A stretch of 64,000 nt of DNA from the NCBI GenBank assembly GCA_964493415.1, contig CAZBND010000003.1, positions 90,229-154,228 of the forward strand, in the 5' to 3' direction. Positions within the stretch are counted from its first letter, which is position 1. Every line of letters starts with the position of its first letter. The notes below the pieces were generated by a model, which was given only the letters and a program-made list of their open reading frames with translations, searched no databases and was not told the DNA's origin. Position numbers and translations under genes: made by a program. This DNA is from an uncultured Planctomycetota bacterium. GTDB lineage: Bacteria; Planctomycetota; DG-23; CAZBND01. Below are positions 26,057 through 35,892 of the stretch, piece by piece.

Positions 26057-27634
26057 GTGCCCTATGGACCGAATTGCGCAGACTGCGCAGGAGTTCTTGC
26101 CTTGCCCGACCGCAATTCCGACTCGCGCAATTTCGAACTGGTGGAGCGGCTGACCGAGATAGGGATCGCCCTTTCCAGCGAACGCGACCTGGGCTCCCTC
26201 CTCCACAGGATAGTCTTCGAAGGGAGGAAGTTCACCTCCGCCGATGCGGGAAGCCTTTACTTGATCGAGGACGGCGCGCTCGTCTTCAAGGTCGCCCAGA
26301 ACGAGACGCTCAAGAGCCAGGGAAAGCCTGAAGGCGAATTCGACTTCCAGCTTCCGCTCTCGCGGAAGAGCATCGCCGGCTACGTTGCCCTCACAGGACG
26401 GCCGGTCAATATCAATGACGTCTACGCCATACCGGCCGAAGCCGAGTACCGCTGGTACGCGGAGTTTGACAAGCAAACCGGCTACAAGACGGTATCGACG
26501 CTCGCCGTTCCCATGAGAGACCATCGAGGCGAGACAATAGGCGTCCTCCAGTTGATAAATTCTCTGGACTCTTCGGCCAACGTCGTCCCTTTCCGGAAAG
26601 ACTACGAGAAGCTGGTCACCTCCCTGGCGTCCCAGGCCGCAGTGGCCGTGAACAACGTGCGCCTGCTTGCCCGCATCAGGGACCTCTTCAGCGCTTTCGT
26701 CCGGTACTCGGCCGCGGCAATCGACGCCCGAAGCCATTACACCGAGGGGCACACCAGGCGGGTGGCGGGACTTTCCCTGCGGGTAGCCCGGGCCATGAAC
26801 GAGGAGACTTCCGGCGGCCTGGCAAACGTCAAGTTTTCCGAAGAGGAGATCGAGGAGCTGAACTACGCCGCATGGCTGCACGACATCGGGAAGATTGGGG
26901 TCAAGGAGCACGTTCTCGACAAGGCCGCGCGGCTCTTCGTCGGTCCTCGGATCGACACGATCACCAGCCGATTCGAGTCCATCAAGAAGGGCATAGCAGC
27001 TGACTGCGCCCAGGGTAAGATCGAGGCACTTCGCCGCGGGGCATCCGACTCCGAGCTTTCGCGCCTCGATGCCGAAATGCACAACCAGCTTGCGCAGGTC
27101 GATGACGACCTCGAGTTCATTCTGACCGTCAACAAGGCGAACTGGATATCCGACGAGCAGCGTGACCGGGTGAAGGCCATTTCGAGGAAGACCTTCTCCG
27201 CCTCAGACGGGACGCCCAGACGCTATCTTCTCCCCGATGAGGTGAGGCACCTGACCGTAGGCAGGGGCAACCTGACGACCGAGGAATACGACGAAGTCCA
27301 GACCCATGTCGACAAGACCATGCGCATCATAGAGAAGATACCATTCACCAGCGAGCTCCGCAACGCGCCGCTGTACGCCGCCAGCCATCACGAAAAGCTG
27401 GACGGGAAGGGTTATCCGAAGGGGCTCAAGGGCGACGATATTCCCATGCAGGCCAGGATTCTGGCGGCGGCAGACATCTTCGAGGCTCTTACTGCGAAAG
27501 ACCGCCCCTACAAGGCCCCCATTCCGTTGGAAAAGGCCCTTGGCATTCTAAAAGAAGAGGCCGACGCAGGGCACCTCGACCAGAGAGTCGTCGAGCTGAT
27601 CATTCGCCGGAGACTCTACGAGGGTCTTGAGTAG
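26057..27634 (+). CDS. GAF domain + HD-GYP domain protein (probable c-di-GMP phosphodiesterase)
   Basis: GAF domain (~residues 100-260 of the ORF) followed by HD-GYP (HDIGK ... HHEKLDGKGYPKGL). Start uncertain; GTG 26057 is the first in-frame start after the mrfB stop. Confidence 0.7.
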   Translation: MPYGPNCADCAGVLALPDRNSDSRNFELVERLTEIGIALSSERDLGSLLHRIVFEGRKFTSADAGSLYLIEDGALVFKVAQNETLKSQGKPEGEFDFQLPLSRKSIAGYVALTGRPVNINDVYAIPAEAEYRWYAEFDKQTGYKTVSTLAVPMRDHRGETIGVLQLINSLDSSANVVPFRKDYEKLVTSLASQAAVAVNNVRLLARIRDLFSAFVRYSAAAIDARSHYTEGHTRRVAGLSLRVARAMNEETSGGLANVKFSEEEIEELNYAAWLHDIGKIGVKEHVLDKAARLFVGPRIDTITSRFESIKKGIAADCAQGKIEALRRGASDSELSRLDAEMHNQLAQVDDDLEFILTVNKANWISDEQRDRVKAISRKTFSASDGTPRRYLLPDEVRHLTVGRGNLTTEEYDEVQTHVDKTMRIIEKIPFTSELRNAPLYAASHHEKLDGKGYPKGLKGDDIPMQARILAAADIFEALTAKDRPYKAPIPLEKALGILKEEADAGHLDQRVVELIIRRRLYEGLE

Positions 27635-28568
27635 GGTCCGGAGCCGTCGCGCGCTTCCACACCATCTCGAATTGCTTCGTGGTCTTCATCCAGGGCTCCA
27701 GGTTCTCGAGCACCTCTTTCGCCTTAGCCTTGTCGTTTTTTTGCAGGTAGGCCCTCGCGATCTGGTAGTATACGTTCGCCCTGTCCTCCTTCGTCAGGTC
27801 CGTCTCGAGGCAGCGATACCACCCTCTTATCGACTCATCCCAGTCGGGCTCCACGCCGAAGTACTTCGCGGCGTAGAACGTCTCGGCATACTGCTTGGCA
27901 TAGTCGTAGTTGTGTGGCTCCAGCTCCCGCGCAGTCCGGTGCTCGTTCATGATTTCTTCGAACACCTTGGGGAGGTCCCAGCCGTAGAGTTCCATCGCGT
28001 GCTGCCGCGAGGTGTAGTACTCCGTGGCGAGGTTGAGGTGAAAGACAGCTTGGGTCGGATCCAGTTCCACGGCCTTTCTATGTTCCTGGAGCGCCTTCTT
28101 AGGCTGGGCGTAATGCCCGTAATAGGTCCCCAGGTTATTGTGCGCAGCGGCAAAATCGGGCTTCAGTTCGATTGCCCTTTTCCAGTAGAAGGCCGCGTCC
28201 TCCGGTCGTCCGTTGTCGTAGCTGAAAAGCCCCAGCTGGTTGTACGCTTCCGCGCTTTCGGGATGTTCCGCAATATAGAGGAGATATTTCGCGCTCAGCT
28301 CATCTCGCAGGCTTTCGATCTCGGCGTGGGTCTCGTAAGCCTTCTCCCAGTTTCTGTCGTAGAGATAGGTACGGTACTTGGTGCGCAGGGCGTCGATCCT
28401 CGCGGTGTAGGCGATGTCCAGCGCGGCAAGCTTGGCCAGAGCCGCTTGATCGTCTTCCCCTGGCTCGGGAAGGGCTGTTACCTGCTGCGTTTGCGCTGCC
28501 GGCGTCGCGTCCACGGTACAGAGGGTATAGGCCATAAAAAACGTCAACGCCAATGATGCTGTCTTCAT
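27600..28568 (-). CDS. secreted TPR-repeat protein
   Basis: N-terminal signal peptide, multiple TPR-like W/Y-rich repeats. Confidence 0.6.
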   Translation of the reverse strand: MKTASLALTFFMAYTLCTVDATPAAQTQQVTALPEPGEDDQAALAKLAALDIAYTARIDALRTKYRTYLYDRNWEKAYETHAEIESLRDELSAKYLLYIAEHPESAEAYNQLGLFSYDNGRPEDAAFYWKRAIELKPDFAAAHNNLGTYYGHYAQPKKALQEHRKAVELDPTQAVFHLNLATEYYTSRQHAMELYGWDLPKVFEEIMNEHRTARELEPHNYDYAKQYAETFYAAKYFGVEPDWDESIRGWYRCLETDLTKEDRANVYYQIARAYLQKNDKAKAKEVLENLEPWMKTTKQFEMVWKRATAPDPTQDPRRVSGE

Positions 28569-29464
28569 CGGCCACCGCCTCTCAGTTTGTCCGACATCTT
28601 AAGCAGAAACTTCCTGTCCTTCGGGCTCAGGCTGTCCAGGCCTCCGCGTGCCGCCTTTTCGGATAACCTTCGGAGCTTTGCCATCTCGCGGCCGCGCCAT
28701 GCGTCCATCACCGCCTCTCCTCTTCCTATCAGCATCGACGGCAGCGACTCTATCACGTATCTATAACGGTAGTAAATGAAACCGTAGGCCGCTCCTCCAA
28801 GGTGGGCGAGCACGGCAACATCCAGCCTGCCGCGCCCCCCAAACATCAACAGGTTGAGCCCTATCAGCAATGCCGCGAAGTACTTGACCTTCATGGGCAA
28901 AACGAAGAAGACCAGCACATGACGGTTGGGGAAGTGGCATGCGAATAAGACCAGCACCGCGAAAACCGCCCCCGAGGCCCCGATAACCAGCCTCTGCTCG
29001 GCCGCAGCGACGTAAACGAGGGAGTGAGCCAGTCCCGCGACAAGCGCCCCCACAAGGTACAGCCCCAGGAAGCTTTTCTTCCCCAAAAAAGCTTCCATTT
29101 CCCGCCCGAACCAGAACAGCGCGAGCATATTGAATAGAATGTGCCATACGTCTGCATGCAGAAACGAGTACGTTACGAGCTGCCATATGTATCCTCCCAG
29201 GAGGGCCTTCCTGGGATGGAGCGCTAGCGCCCCAACAAGGAGATCGCTGAGCTTCGCCGTCAAAGACCCCTCCCTTCCCAGCGACCCGAACCATAGCGCC
29301 ACGAAAACCGCTACGTTGATTATGATCAGCGTCCGCACCACCGACGCGGTCCGATACCTCGGCCGGTAGTCGTAAAGCGGATAGGCTTCGCGAAACATAA
29401 ATCGACCCAACACAGCCTCCTGAACGCAGTTCTCTATATCCATTCTACCCGCCTTCCGAGACAT
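28565..29464 (-). CDS. rhomboid family intramembrane serine protease
   Basis: GASGAVF (catalytic Ser) and AHLGGAAYG (catalytic His) in TM segments, with a cytoplasmic C-terminal extension. Confidence 0.75.
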   Translation of the reverse strand: MSRKAGRMDIENCVQEAVLGRFMFREAYPLYDYRPRYRTASVVRTLIIINVAVFVALWFGSLGREGSLTAKLSDLLVGALALHPRKALLGGYIWQLVTYSFLHADVWHILFNMLALFWFGREMEAFLGKKSFLGLYLVGALVAGLAHSLVYVAAAEQRLVIGASGAVFAVLVLFACHFPNRHVLVFFVLPMKVKYFAALLIGLNLLMFGGRGRLDVAVLAHLGGAAYGFIYYRYRYVIESLPSMLIGRGEAVMDAWRGREMAKLRRLSEKAARGGLDSLSPKDRKFLLKMSDKLRGGGR

Positions 29465-29573
29465 CGGTCAACGCGTGTCGCGTTCCGGCCCGCATCGGCC
29501 CATTACAGGGGGTTCATCTTGGAGACGTTTTCTGCTACAATCACTGTTTCCCGACCGATCCAGGAGGTTGAGA

Positions 29574-31367
29574 ATGATCGAACGCAGCGCGGATGTCTTG
29601 GTAATTGGCGCGGGAGGCGCGGGCCTTCGCGCAGCGCTCGCCGCAAGAGAGCGAGGCGCAAGCGTGCTTCTAATGTGCAAGGGCAAGCTGGGCAAGGCGG
29701 GAGTCACCGCAACCGCCTGTTCGGACCGGATGGCCTTCCATGCGACCCTTCCTCATACGCCGCCGGGTGGGACAGACTCATGGCGGCATCACGCAGAAGA
29801 CATTTACAGGCTTGGCGGATTCGTCTCCGACGCCGACCTGGCCGAGGTGCTCGCGAAAAATGCCGCCGACGCCTTCGACTACCTCGACTCCCTTGGGGTT
29901 CCGTTTGCCAAGGACGCCCAGGGCAGAGCCTCGCAGTTCCTTACCGATGGATCTCGGTATCCGAGGGCCTGTTTCACGGGTCCTTACACGGCGAACCACA
30001 TCGAAGAGGCTCTCGTCAGGAGGCTACGCGAGACAGATATCGCCCTCCTCGAAGACATGACGGCCGTTGACCTCCTTTTGGATGATGGACATGCTTGCGG
30101 GGTGCTGGCCATCGACCCGAGCGGCAAGCCGGCCGTCGTAGGGGCGGGCGCTGTCGTATTGGCCACGGGTGGGGCGGGGGAGATGTATTCCGTCAACGTG
30201 TTCCCGCCGGGCATGACCGGCGACGGCTACGCCATGGCGCTAAGAGCCGGCGCGGAATTGGTTAACATGGAGTTCATCCAGATCGGGCTTTCTTCGGTAA
30301 AAACCAAGCTCGCCTGCTCCGGAAGCATGATGCGGGCCATTCCCAGATTTGTGAACGAGGGCGGTGAAGAGATCCTTCCCCGGTACATGCCCGAGGCAAC
30401 CCCCGACCATCTGGCCGACATTGTCTTCCGCAAGGGGGCGAGTTGGCCGGTCTCTCTGGAGCACGACACTCATGCGGTCGACGTCGCGGTTTTCAAAGAA
30501 GAAATGATCGCCGGAAGCCGTGTCTTCCTGGACTACTCCCGCAACCCCTCCGGCCTCGATCCCGAGAAGCTGGGGCGGGACCTGATGCGCCGGTACGCCG
30601 AAATCGGCGCCGAACTCATGGACGAGCCAGGGGTGACTCCTCTTCAGCGCATCCTGGGCATAAACAAGCAGGCCGTGCAATGGCTCAAGGAGCGGGGCGT
30701 TGACATACCCGGCGGAGACGCAGTCGAGATCGCCCCTGCGATCCAGCATTTCCAGGGCGGAATCAAGATCAGGCAGCGCGCCGACACTGTCGTTGAGGGC
30801 CTCTTCGCTGCCGGCGAAGCCGCCGGTGGCCAGCACGGGGCGAACAGACCGGGCGGCAACGCTCTTCTTGACAGCCAGGTGTTCGGCAAGATCGCCGGAG
30901 AATCGGCTGCGGACGCGGCCGCGAAGGCAAAGGTCATTGTCGACTCCCTGGCCGGCGAAGCGGAGAAATCCCCGAGCCGGCGTTGGTCCAAAGGCGTAGC
31001 CGCCTCCTCGGCGAGGGATACGGTCCGGAATCTGATGTCACGCTACGCCGGCATAGTCAGGACCGAGGACGGCCTTGGGAAAGCTTGCGCCCGGCTTGAC
31101 GAGCTTTCTGAGCGAGGGATAGCCGTCGAAGGCGGTGCTTTGCAGGAAGCCGCTGAAGCCGAGAACATGCTGTTGGTTGCCAGGAGCGTGATAAAGGGAG
31201 CGCTTCTTCGCAACGAAAGCCGCGGACCGCACTTGCGTTTCGAGTCCGAAGACGACGGCAAGCCTGTTCCCCGTCAAGAGGACAAGTGGTCCCGATATAT
31301 CGCGATCTCATCACGGGGCGGGGATATCGTAGCCGAGACCAGGGAGCCCATACGGCCTACCTGGTAG
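29574..31367 (+). CDS. FAD-binding flavoprotein of the succinate dehydrogenase/fumarate reductase/L-aspartate oxidase superfamily (function unknown)
   Basis: N-terminal GAGGAG dinucleotide fold, C-terminal R-x-ESRG-x-H-x-R motif. The active-site region does not match SdhA/NadB canonical residues. ATG at 29574 with a CAGGAGG RBS. Confidence 0.7.
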   Translation: MIERSADVLVIGAGGAGLRAALAARERGASVLLMCKGKLGKAGVTATACSDRMAFHATLPHTPPGGTDSWRHHAEDIYRLGGFVSDADLAEVLAKNAADAFDYLDSLGVPFAKDAQGRASQFLTDGSRYPRACFTGPYTANHIEEALVRRLRETDIALLEDMTAVDLLLDDGHACGVLAIDPSGKPAVVGAGAVVLATGGAGEMYSVNVFPPGMTGDGYAMALRAGAELVNMEFIQIGLSSVKTKLACSGSMMRAIPRFVNEGGEEILPRYMPEATPDHLADIVFRKGASWPVSLEHDTHAVDVAVFKEEMIAGSRVFLDYSRNPSGLDPEKLGRDLMRRYAEIGAELMDEPGVTPLQRILGINKQAVQWLKERGVDIPGGDAVEIAPAIQHFQGGIKIRQRADTVVEGLFAAGEAAGGQHGANRPGGNALLDSQVFGKIAGESAADAAAKAKVIVDSLAGEAEKSPSRRWSKGVAASSARDTVRNLMSRYAGIVRTEDGLGKACARLDELSERGIAVEGGALQEAAEAENMLLVARSVIKGALLRNESRGPHLRFESEDDGKPVPRQEDKWSRYIAISSRGGDIVAETREPIRPTW

Positions 31368-31427
31368 GCTTGTGTTTGCGCGTATGAAGTCAACAAGGCT
31401 TTTTCCCCGAAGTTGGGGGGCGGGCCC

Positions 31428-32198
31428 GTGAAGCTGGCCATATCCGGAAAGGGCGGCGTTGGCAAAACCACCATCGCGGCAGGGCTTTCACGCCGGTACA
31501 CTGCCAAGGGCTTCAGCGTCCTCGCCGTCGACGCAGACCCTGATGCAAATCTTGCTGGGGCGTTGGGTTATGACGGCGACATCACGCCCCTGAGTGAGAT
31601 GAAAGAGCTCATCGCCGAGCGCACCGGCGGACAGCCGGGCACTTACGGGGCTTTCGTGAAGCTTAACCCCGAAGTCGCGGACCTGCCCGATCGTCTGACG
31701 GTCGAAGTCCAGGGAGTCAAGGTTCTCACGCTGGGTGCTGTGAAGAGGGGAGGCGGCGGCTGCGCCTGCCCGGAGAATGTGTTGCTGAGGAACCTCCTCT
31801 CGCACCTGATCCTCAGACGGGACGAGCACGTAATAGTGGACATGGAGGCCGGCGTCGAGCATCTGGGTCGCGCCACTGTCCAGGCAGTGGATGCCCTCGC
31901 AGTGGTTGTCGAACCGTCTCAACGCAGCGCCGGAACCGCCTTTCGAATCCGAGAACTTGCACGGGAAATCGGGTTGGCGAACGTCCTGGCCATAGGCAGC
32001 AAGGTGAAAGGGCCGGAGGACCGGGGTTTTCTGGAAAGCCGACTCGAAGGGTTTCCAATTCTGGGCTGGATATCGTACAATGAACGGATCGTGCGGGCGG
32101 ACCAGGTAGGCGAGGGAAGTGCCCTGGACGCCCCGCTTTTTGTCAGGGAAATTGATGAGATAATCGGCCATCTCGTTCGCTATCAGTCGGACTCCTGA
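31428..32198 (+). CDS. cooC: CooC/AcsF-type Ni-insertion accessory ATPase (MinD/ParA family)
   Basis: Deviant Walker A GKGGVGKTT, CooC-like C-x-C (GGGCACPEN). GTG at 31428 after a G-rich SD; the ORF also opens at TTG 31413. Confidence 0.75.
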   Translation: MKLAISGKGGVGKTTIAAGLSRRYTAKGFSVLAVDADPDANLAGALGYDGDITPLSEMKELIAERTGGQPGTYGAFVKLNPEVADLPDRLTVEVQGVKVLTLGAVKRGGGGCACPENVLLRNLLSHLILRRDEHVIVDMEAGVEHLGRATVQAVDALAVVVEPSQRSAGTAFRIRELAREIGLANVLAIGSKVKGPEDRGFLESRLEGFPILGWISYNERIVRADQVGEGSALDAPLFVREIDEIIGHLVRYQSDS

Positions 32199-32260
32199 TC
32201 CAGCCGGACCGATTGCCGATCTTTGAAGGGACTTCGCGATAAGGCGGAAGGAGCGTCCTG

Positions 32261-34444
32261 ATGTCGAAAATCATCTGCAGCGCGGCCATCCGTGGGGCAC
32301 GCAAGCTCGTGAAGCGCGCCGAGGACAAGCTCGAAGAGGCCGTCAAAGCCAAAGGCGAAGAGTGCAAGGTCGAATTCCCCAATACCGGTTACTTCTTGCC
32401 CGTGATCTATGGCATCCTGGGTGAGCAGGTAGAGAAGCTGGTCGATATGAGGCCGATTCTTGAACGGGCAAAGGCGCTTCTCCCGCCGGAGCCGGACGAG
32501 AGCGCCTGGCTTCCCTACCTCGGCCAGGCTCTCGACGCGGGCATGGCGACGCTCTTCGCCGAAGAAATTATCGAGGCCTGCAAATACGTCGTCGGGCCCA
32601 ACCCGCTCGGCGAGTTGTGGCTAGGCGCTGCCGATGATGTGATCATGAGGGAGCGTGGCATTGAATTCGTCGATGGCACCGCCCCGGGATTTGCGGCCTG
32701 TGTCGGCGCCTGTCCCACTAACGAAATAGCCGTCAAGCTAGCCCGCGAGCTCCAGCAAAAAAGCCTCTACGTATTCATGTCCGCCTCCACTGACGGCAAG
32801 TGCATGGCCGAGCAGCTCGAAGAGGAAGGCGTTCAGATGGGCTGGGAGACGCGTCTCGTCCCGTTCGGCAAGGACATCTCCTCCACCATCTATTCGCTTG
32901 GCTTCGCCACCAGGGCCGCGCTTTCTTTCGGCGGCGTCCAGCCCGGCGATTACGTCAGGGCGCTCAGGTACAACAAGAACAGGATATTCGCCTTTGTTCT
33001 CGCGCTGGGGGAAGTTGACGACGAGAAATACGCTACCGCAGCGGGAGCCATCAACTACGGCTTTCCGGTGATCGCCGACACCGACATCCCCCAAATTCTC
33101 CCCACGGGCGTTTGCACTTACGAGCATGTCGTTTCCAGGGTTCCTCACGACAAGCTCGTGGAGAGAGCAATCGAGGTCCGGGGGCTCAAGATCAAGATCA
33201 CGGAGATACCGATACCCGTTCCGTACAGTCCCGCCTTCGAGGGCGAGAGGATTCGCAAAGAGCAGACCTACGTCGAGATGGGCGGGCAGAAGACCAAAGC
33301 CTTCGAGTGGGTGACCAGCAAGGACTCCTCCGTCGTCGAGGACGGAAAAGTCGAGATCATCGGGCCGGAGATCGACGAAGTCGAGGAAGGTGCCCAACTC
33401 CCGCTGGGCATCGTCGTAGAGGTGAGCGGCAGGAAGATGCAGCCGGACTTCGAGCCGATTCTGGAACGCCAGGTTCATACGTTCCTGAACGAGGCCCAGG
33501 GGATATTCCACATGGGCCAGCGCGACATCTCGTGGGTCAGGGTAAGCAAGGAGGCCCGCGAGGCCGGGCTGAAACTCGAACACTTCGGCAAAATCCTCCA
33601 CGCCCAGCTTCATACGAACTTCTCCGCCATCGTGGACAAGGTCCAGGTGAAAATCTACACCAAGGAAGAAGATGTTTCCGCCCTTCTGGAAAAGGCCAGA
33701 GAGGTATTTCTCCAGCGCGATGCGAGACTCGCCGGCATGACCGACGAATCGGTTGAAACCTTCTACTCGTGCACCCTCTGCCAGTCTTTCGCGCCCAATC
33801 ACGTCTGCGTCATCACTCCCGAGCGGCCGGGCCTTTGCGGAGCCTACAATTGGCTCGACGGCCGCGCCGCTTACGAAATAACCCCCTCCGGCCCTAACCA
33901 GCCTATCGAGAAGGGGGCCGTGATCGACGAGAAGCTGGGACAGTGGGAAAAGGTGAATCAGTTCGTCTACGAGAACTCGAACCGCACCATCGAGAAGTTC
34001 AGCGCCTACAGCATGATAAACGACCCGATGACGTCTTGCGGCTGTTTCGAGTGCATTTCGGTAATGCTTCCCATGGCCAACGGGATCATGATCGTGAACA
34101 GAGAGTTCCCCGACATGACGCCGTGCGGCATGAAATTCTCCACGCTCGCGGGCTCCGTCGGCGGCGGCAACCAGACGCCCGGCTTCGTCGGCCACAGCAA
34201 GCAGTACATCCATTCCAGGAAGTTCATCAGCGCCGACGGCGGGCTGGCGCGCGTCACCTGGATGCCGAAGGCGCTCAAGGAAGAGATAGGCGAGGCGGTA
34301 ACAAAGAGAGCGGCGGAAATGGGCCTGGGCGAAGACTTCCTTGACAAGGTCGCGGACGAGACTGCGGCCCAGACGGAGGAGGAAGTCCTTGAATTCATCA
34401 CCGGGAAGGAGCACCCCGCGCTCACGATGGACCCGATGTTCTGA
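32261..34444 (+). CDS. acsB: acetyl-CoA synthase catalytic subunit (CODH/ACS subunit AcsB / CdhC)
   Basis: Co-linear by eye with Moorella AcsB over the full ~727 aa, including A-cluster ligands (CGAYNWLD ... CGCFEC) and C-terminal HPALTMDP. Confidence 0.9.
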   Translation: MSKIICSAAIRGARKLVKRAEDKLEEAVKAKGEECKVEFPNTGYFLPVIYGILGEQVEKLVDMRPILERAKALLPPEPDESAWLPYLGQALDAGMATLFAEEIIEACKYVVGPNPLGELWLGAADDVIMRERGIEFVDGTAPGFAACVGACPTNEIAVKLARELQQKSLYVFMSASTDGKCMAEQLEEEGVQMGWETRLVPFGKDISSTIYSLGFATRAALSFGGVQPGDYVRALRYNKNRIFAFVLALGEVDDEKYATAAGAINYGFPVIADTDIPQILPTGVCTYEHVVSRVPHDKLVERAIEVRGLKIKITEIPIPVPYSPAFEGERIRKEQTYVEMGGQKTKAFEWVTSKDSSVVEDGKVEIIGPEIDEVEEGAQLPLGIVVEVSGRKMQPDFEPILERQVHTFLNEAQGIFHMGQRDISWVRVSKEAREAGLKLEHFGKILHAQLHTNFSAIVDKVQVKIYTKEEDVSALLEKAREVFLQRDARLAGMTDESVETFYSCTLCQSFAPNHVCVITPERPGLCGAYNWLDGRAAYEITPSGPNQPIEKGAVIDEKLGQWEKVNQFVYENSNRTIEKFSAYSMINDPMTSCGCFECISVMLPMANGIMIVNREFPDMTPCGMKFSTLAGSVGGGNQTPGFVGHSKQYIHSRKFISADGGLARVTWMPKALKEEIGEAVTKRAAEMGLGEDFLDKVADETAAQTEEEVLEFITGKEHPALTMDPMF

Positions 34445-34458
34445 AAGGGGAAGCGCAA

Positions 34459-35814
34459 ATGGCCCTCAGCGGATTGGAGATCTTCAAGCTCCTGCCCAAG
34501 ACGAACTGTCGAGACTGCGGCAGGCCCACCTGCCTTGCCTTCGCCATGCAGCTCGCCCAGAAGAAGGCTAACCTCAGCGACTGTCCACATGTCAGCGACG
34601 AGGCGAAGTCCGCGCTCGACGAAGCGTCCGCACCCCCAATCCGCGGAGTTACGATCGGAAGCGGCGATAGAGCCCTGAAGATGGGCGAAGAAACCGTTCT
34701 CTTCCGGCACGATGAGAAATTCTATAACCCCGCCGGAATAGCGGTCCGCGTCCGGGATACCCTATCGCCCGACGACCTTCGCGAGAAGTACAAGCGCATA
34801 CAGGCTCTCCGCTTCGTCAGGGTCGGGATGGACCTGGAGGTCGAGGCGGCGGCCGTCGAAAACGCTAGCGGCGAGGCCGCTAAATTCGAGGAGGCCGTCA
34901 AGATCGCCGCTGAAGAGACGGACCTCGTCCTCGTCCTGATGAGCGAGACGCCGGAGCACATCTGTCGCGCTCTCGAAGTTTGCGCAGATAAGCGCCCACT
35001 TATTCATGCTGCGACCAAGGACAACTGGAAGGAGATGGCCGCCCTCGCCAAGACGAAGTGCTGTCCTCTCGTAGTGCGTGCGCCGAGCCTTGAGGAACTG
35101 GCGGATCTTACCGGAAAGGTGACGGCCGAAGGAGTCGAGGACCTTGTGCTGGATTTCGTCTCCACAGACCCGAAAACACTACTGCAATCCCTGACGATGG
35201 CCCGCCGGGCGGCGCTCAAGAAGACTTTCAGGCAGCTCGGATATCCCTCAATCGCATTCACCGGCGTCGATGACCCCTTCGACGACAGCGCCCGCGCCTG
35301 CATGTTCATGGCCAAGTACGCGAGCCTGATCGTCGTCAACACTGACGAGCCATGGGCAATCCTTCCAATCCTCACCGTCAGACAGAATATCTTCACCGAC
35401 CCGCAGAAGCCCATTCAGGTCGAGCCCAAGCTCTACGCAGTCGGCGAGCCGGACTCCAAGTCGCCCGTGCTCTTCACTACGAACTTCTCCCTGACGTACT
35501 ACACCGTCGAAGGGGACGTCGAGGCCAGCCGCGTGCCCGCCCATATCCTCGTCGTCGATACCGAAGGCACCTCGGTTCTCACCGCCTACTCGGGGGACAA
35601 GCTCAGCGAGAAGACCGTGGCCAAGGCGATGAAGGACGCCAACCTCGAAAGCGTTGTCGGTCACAAGAAGATAATAATCCCCGGGTTGATCGCGGTAATG
35701 TCGGGGAAGCTCGAAGAAGAGTCCGGGTGGCAGGTCCTGGTCGGGCCTAGGGAGTCTTCCGCCATCCCGACGTATCTCAAGACGGTTTGGCCCAAAGAGA
35801 TCGAGGCCGCTTGA
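34459..35814 (+). CDS. acsC: corrinoid iron-sulfur protein large subunit (AcsC / CdhE)
   Basis: N-terminal 4Fe-4S motif CRDCGRPTCLAFAMQLA...SDCP. Co-linear with Moorella AcsC (~446 aa). Confidence 0.9.
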   Translation: MALSGLEIFKLLPKTNCRDCGRPTCLAFAMQLAQKKANLSDCPHVSDEAKSALDEASAPPIRGVTIGSGDRALKMGEETVLFRHDEKFYNPAGIAVRVRDTLSPDDLREKYKRIQALRFVRVGMDLEVEAAAVENASGEAAKFEEAVKIAAEETDLVLVLMSETPEHICRALEVCADKRPLIHAATKDNWKEMAALAKTKCCPLVVRAPSLEELADLTGKVTAEGVEDLVLDFVSTDPKTLLQSLTMARRAALKKTFRQLGYPSIAFTGVDDPFDDSARACMFMAKYASLIVVNTDEPWAILPILTVRQNIFTDPQKPIQVEPKLYAVGEPDSKSPVLFTTNFSLTYYTVEGDVEASRVPAHILVVDTEGTSVLTAYSGDKLSEKTVAKAMKDANLESVVGHKKIIIPGLIAVMSGKLEEESGWQVLVGPRESSAIPTYLKTVWPKEIEAA

Positions 35815-35892
35815 GGCCGCGTTCGCTGGGGAAATGACGAGGAGCGGCGGTCTCCGGTTGCTTGCTTCTCCATACGTTTTTCAAGAGGAACC

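Noticed and set aside
25988-27082. 364-codon - strand ORF
   Set aside because: Antisense to the GAF/HD-GYP gene.
32738-34414. 558-codon - strand ORF
   Set aside because: Antisense to acsB, which is co-linear with Moorella AcsB. No recognisable domains, Arg/Gly/Leu-rich.
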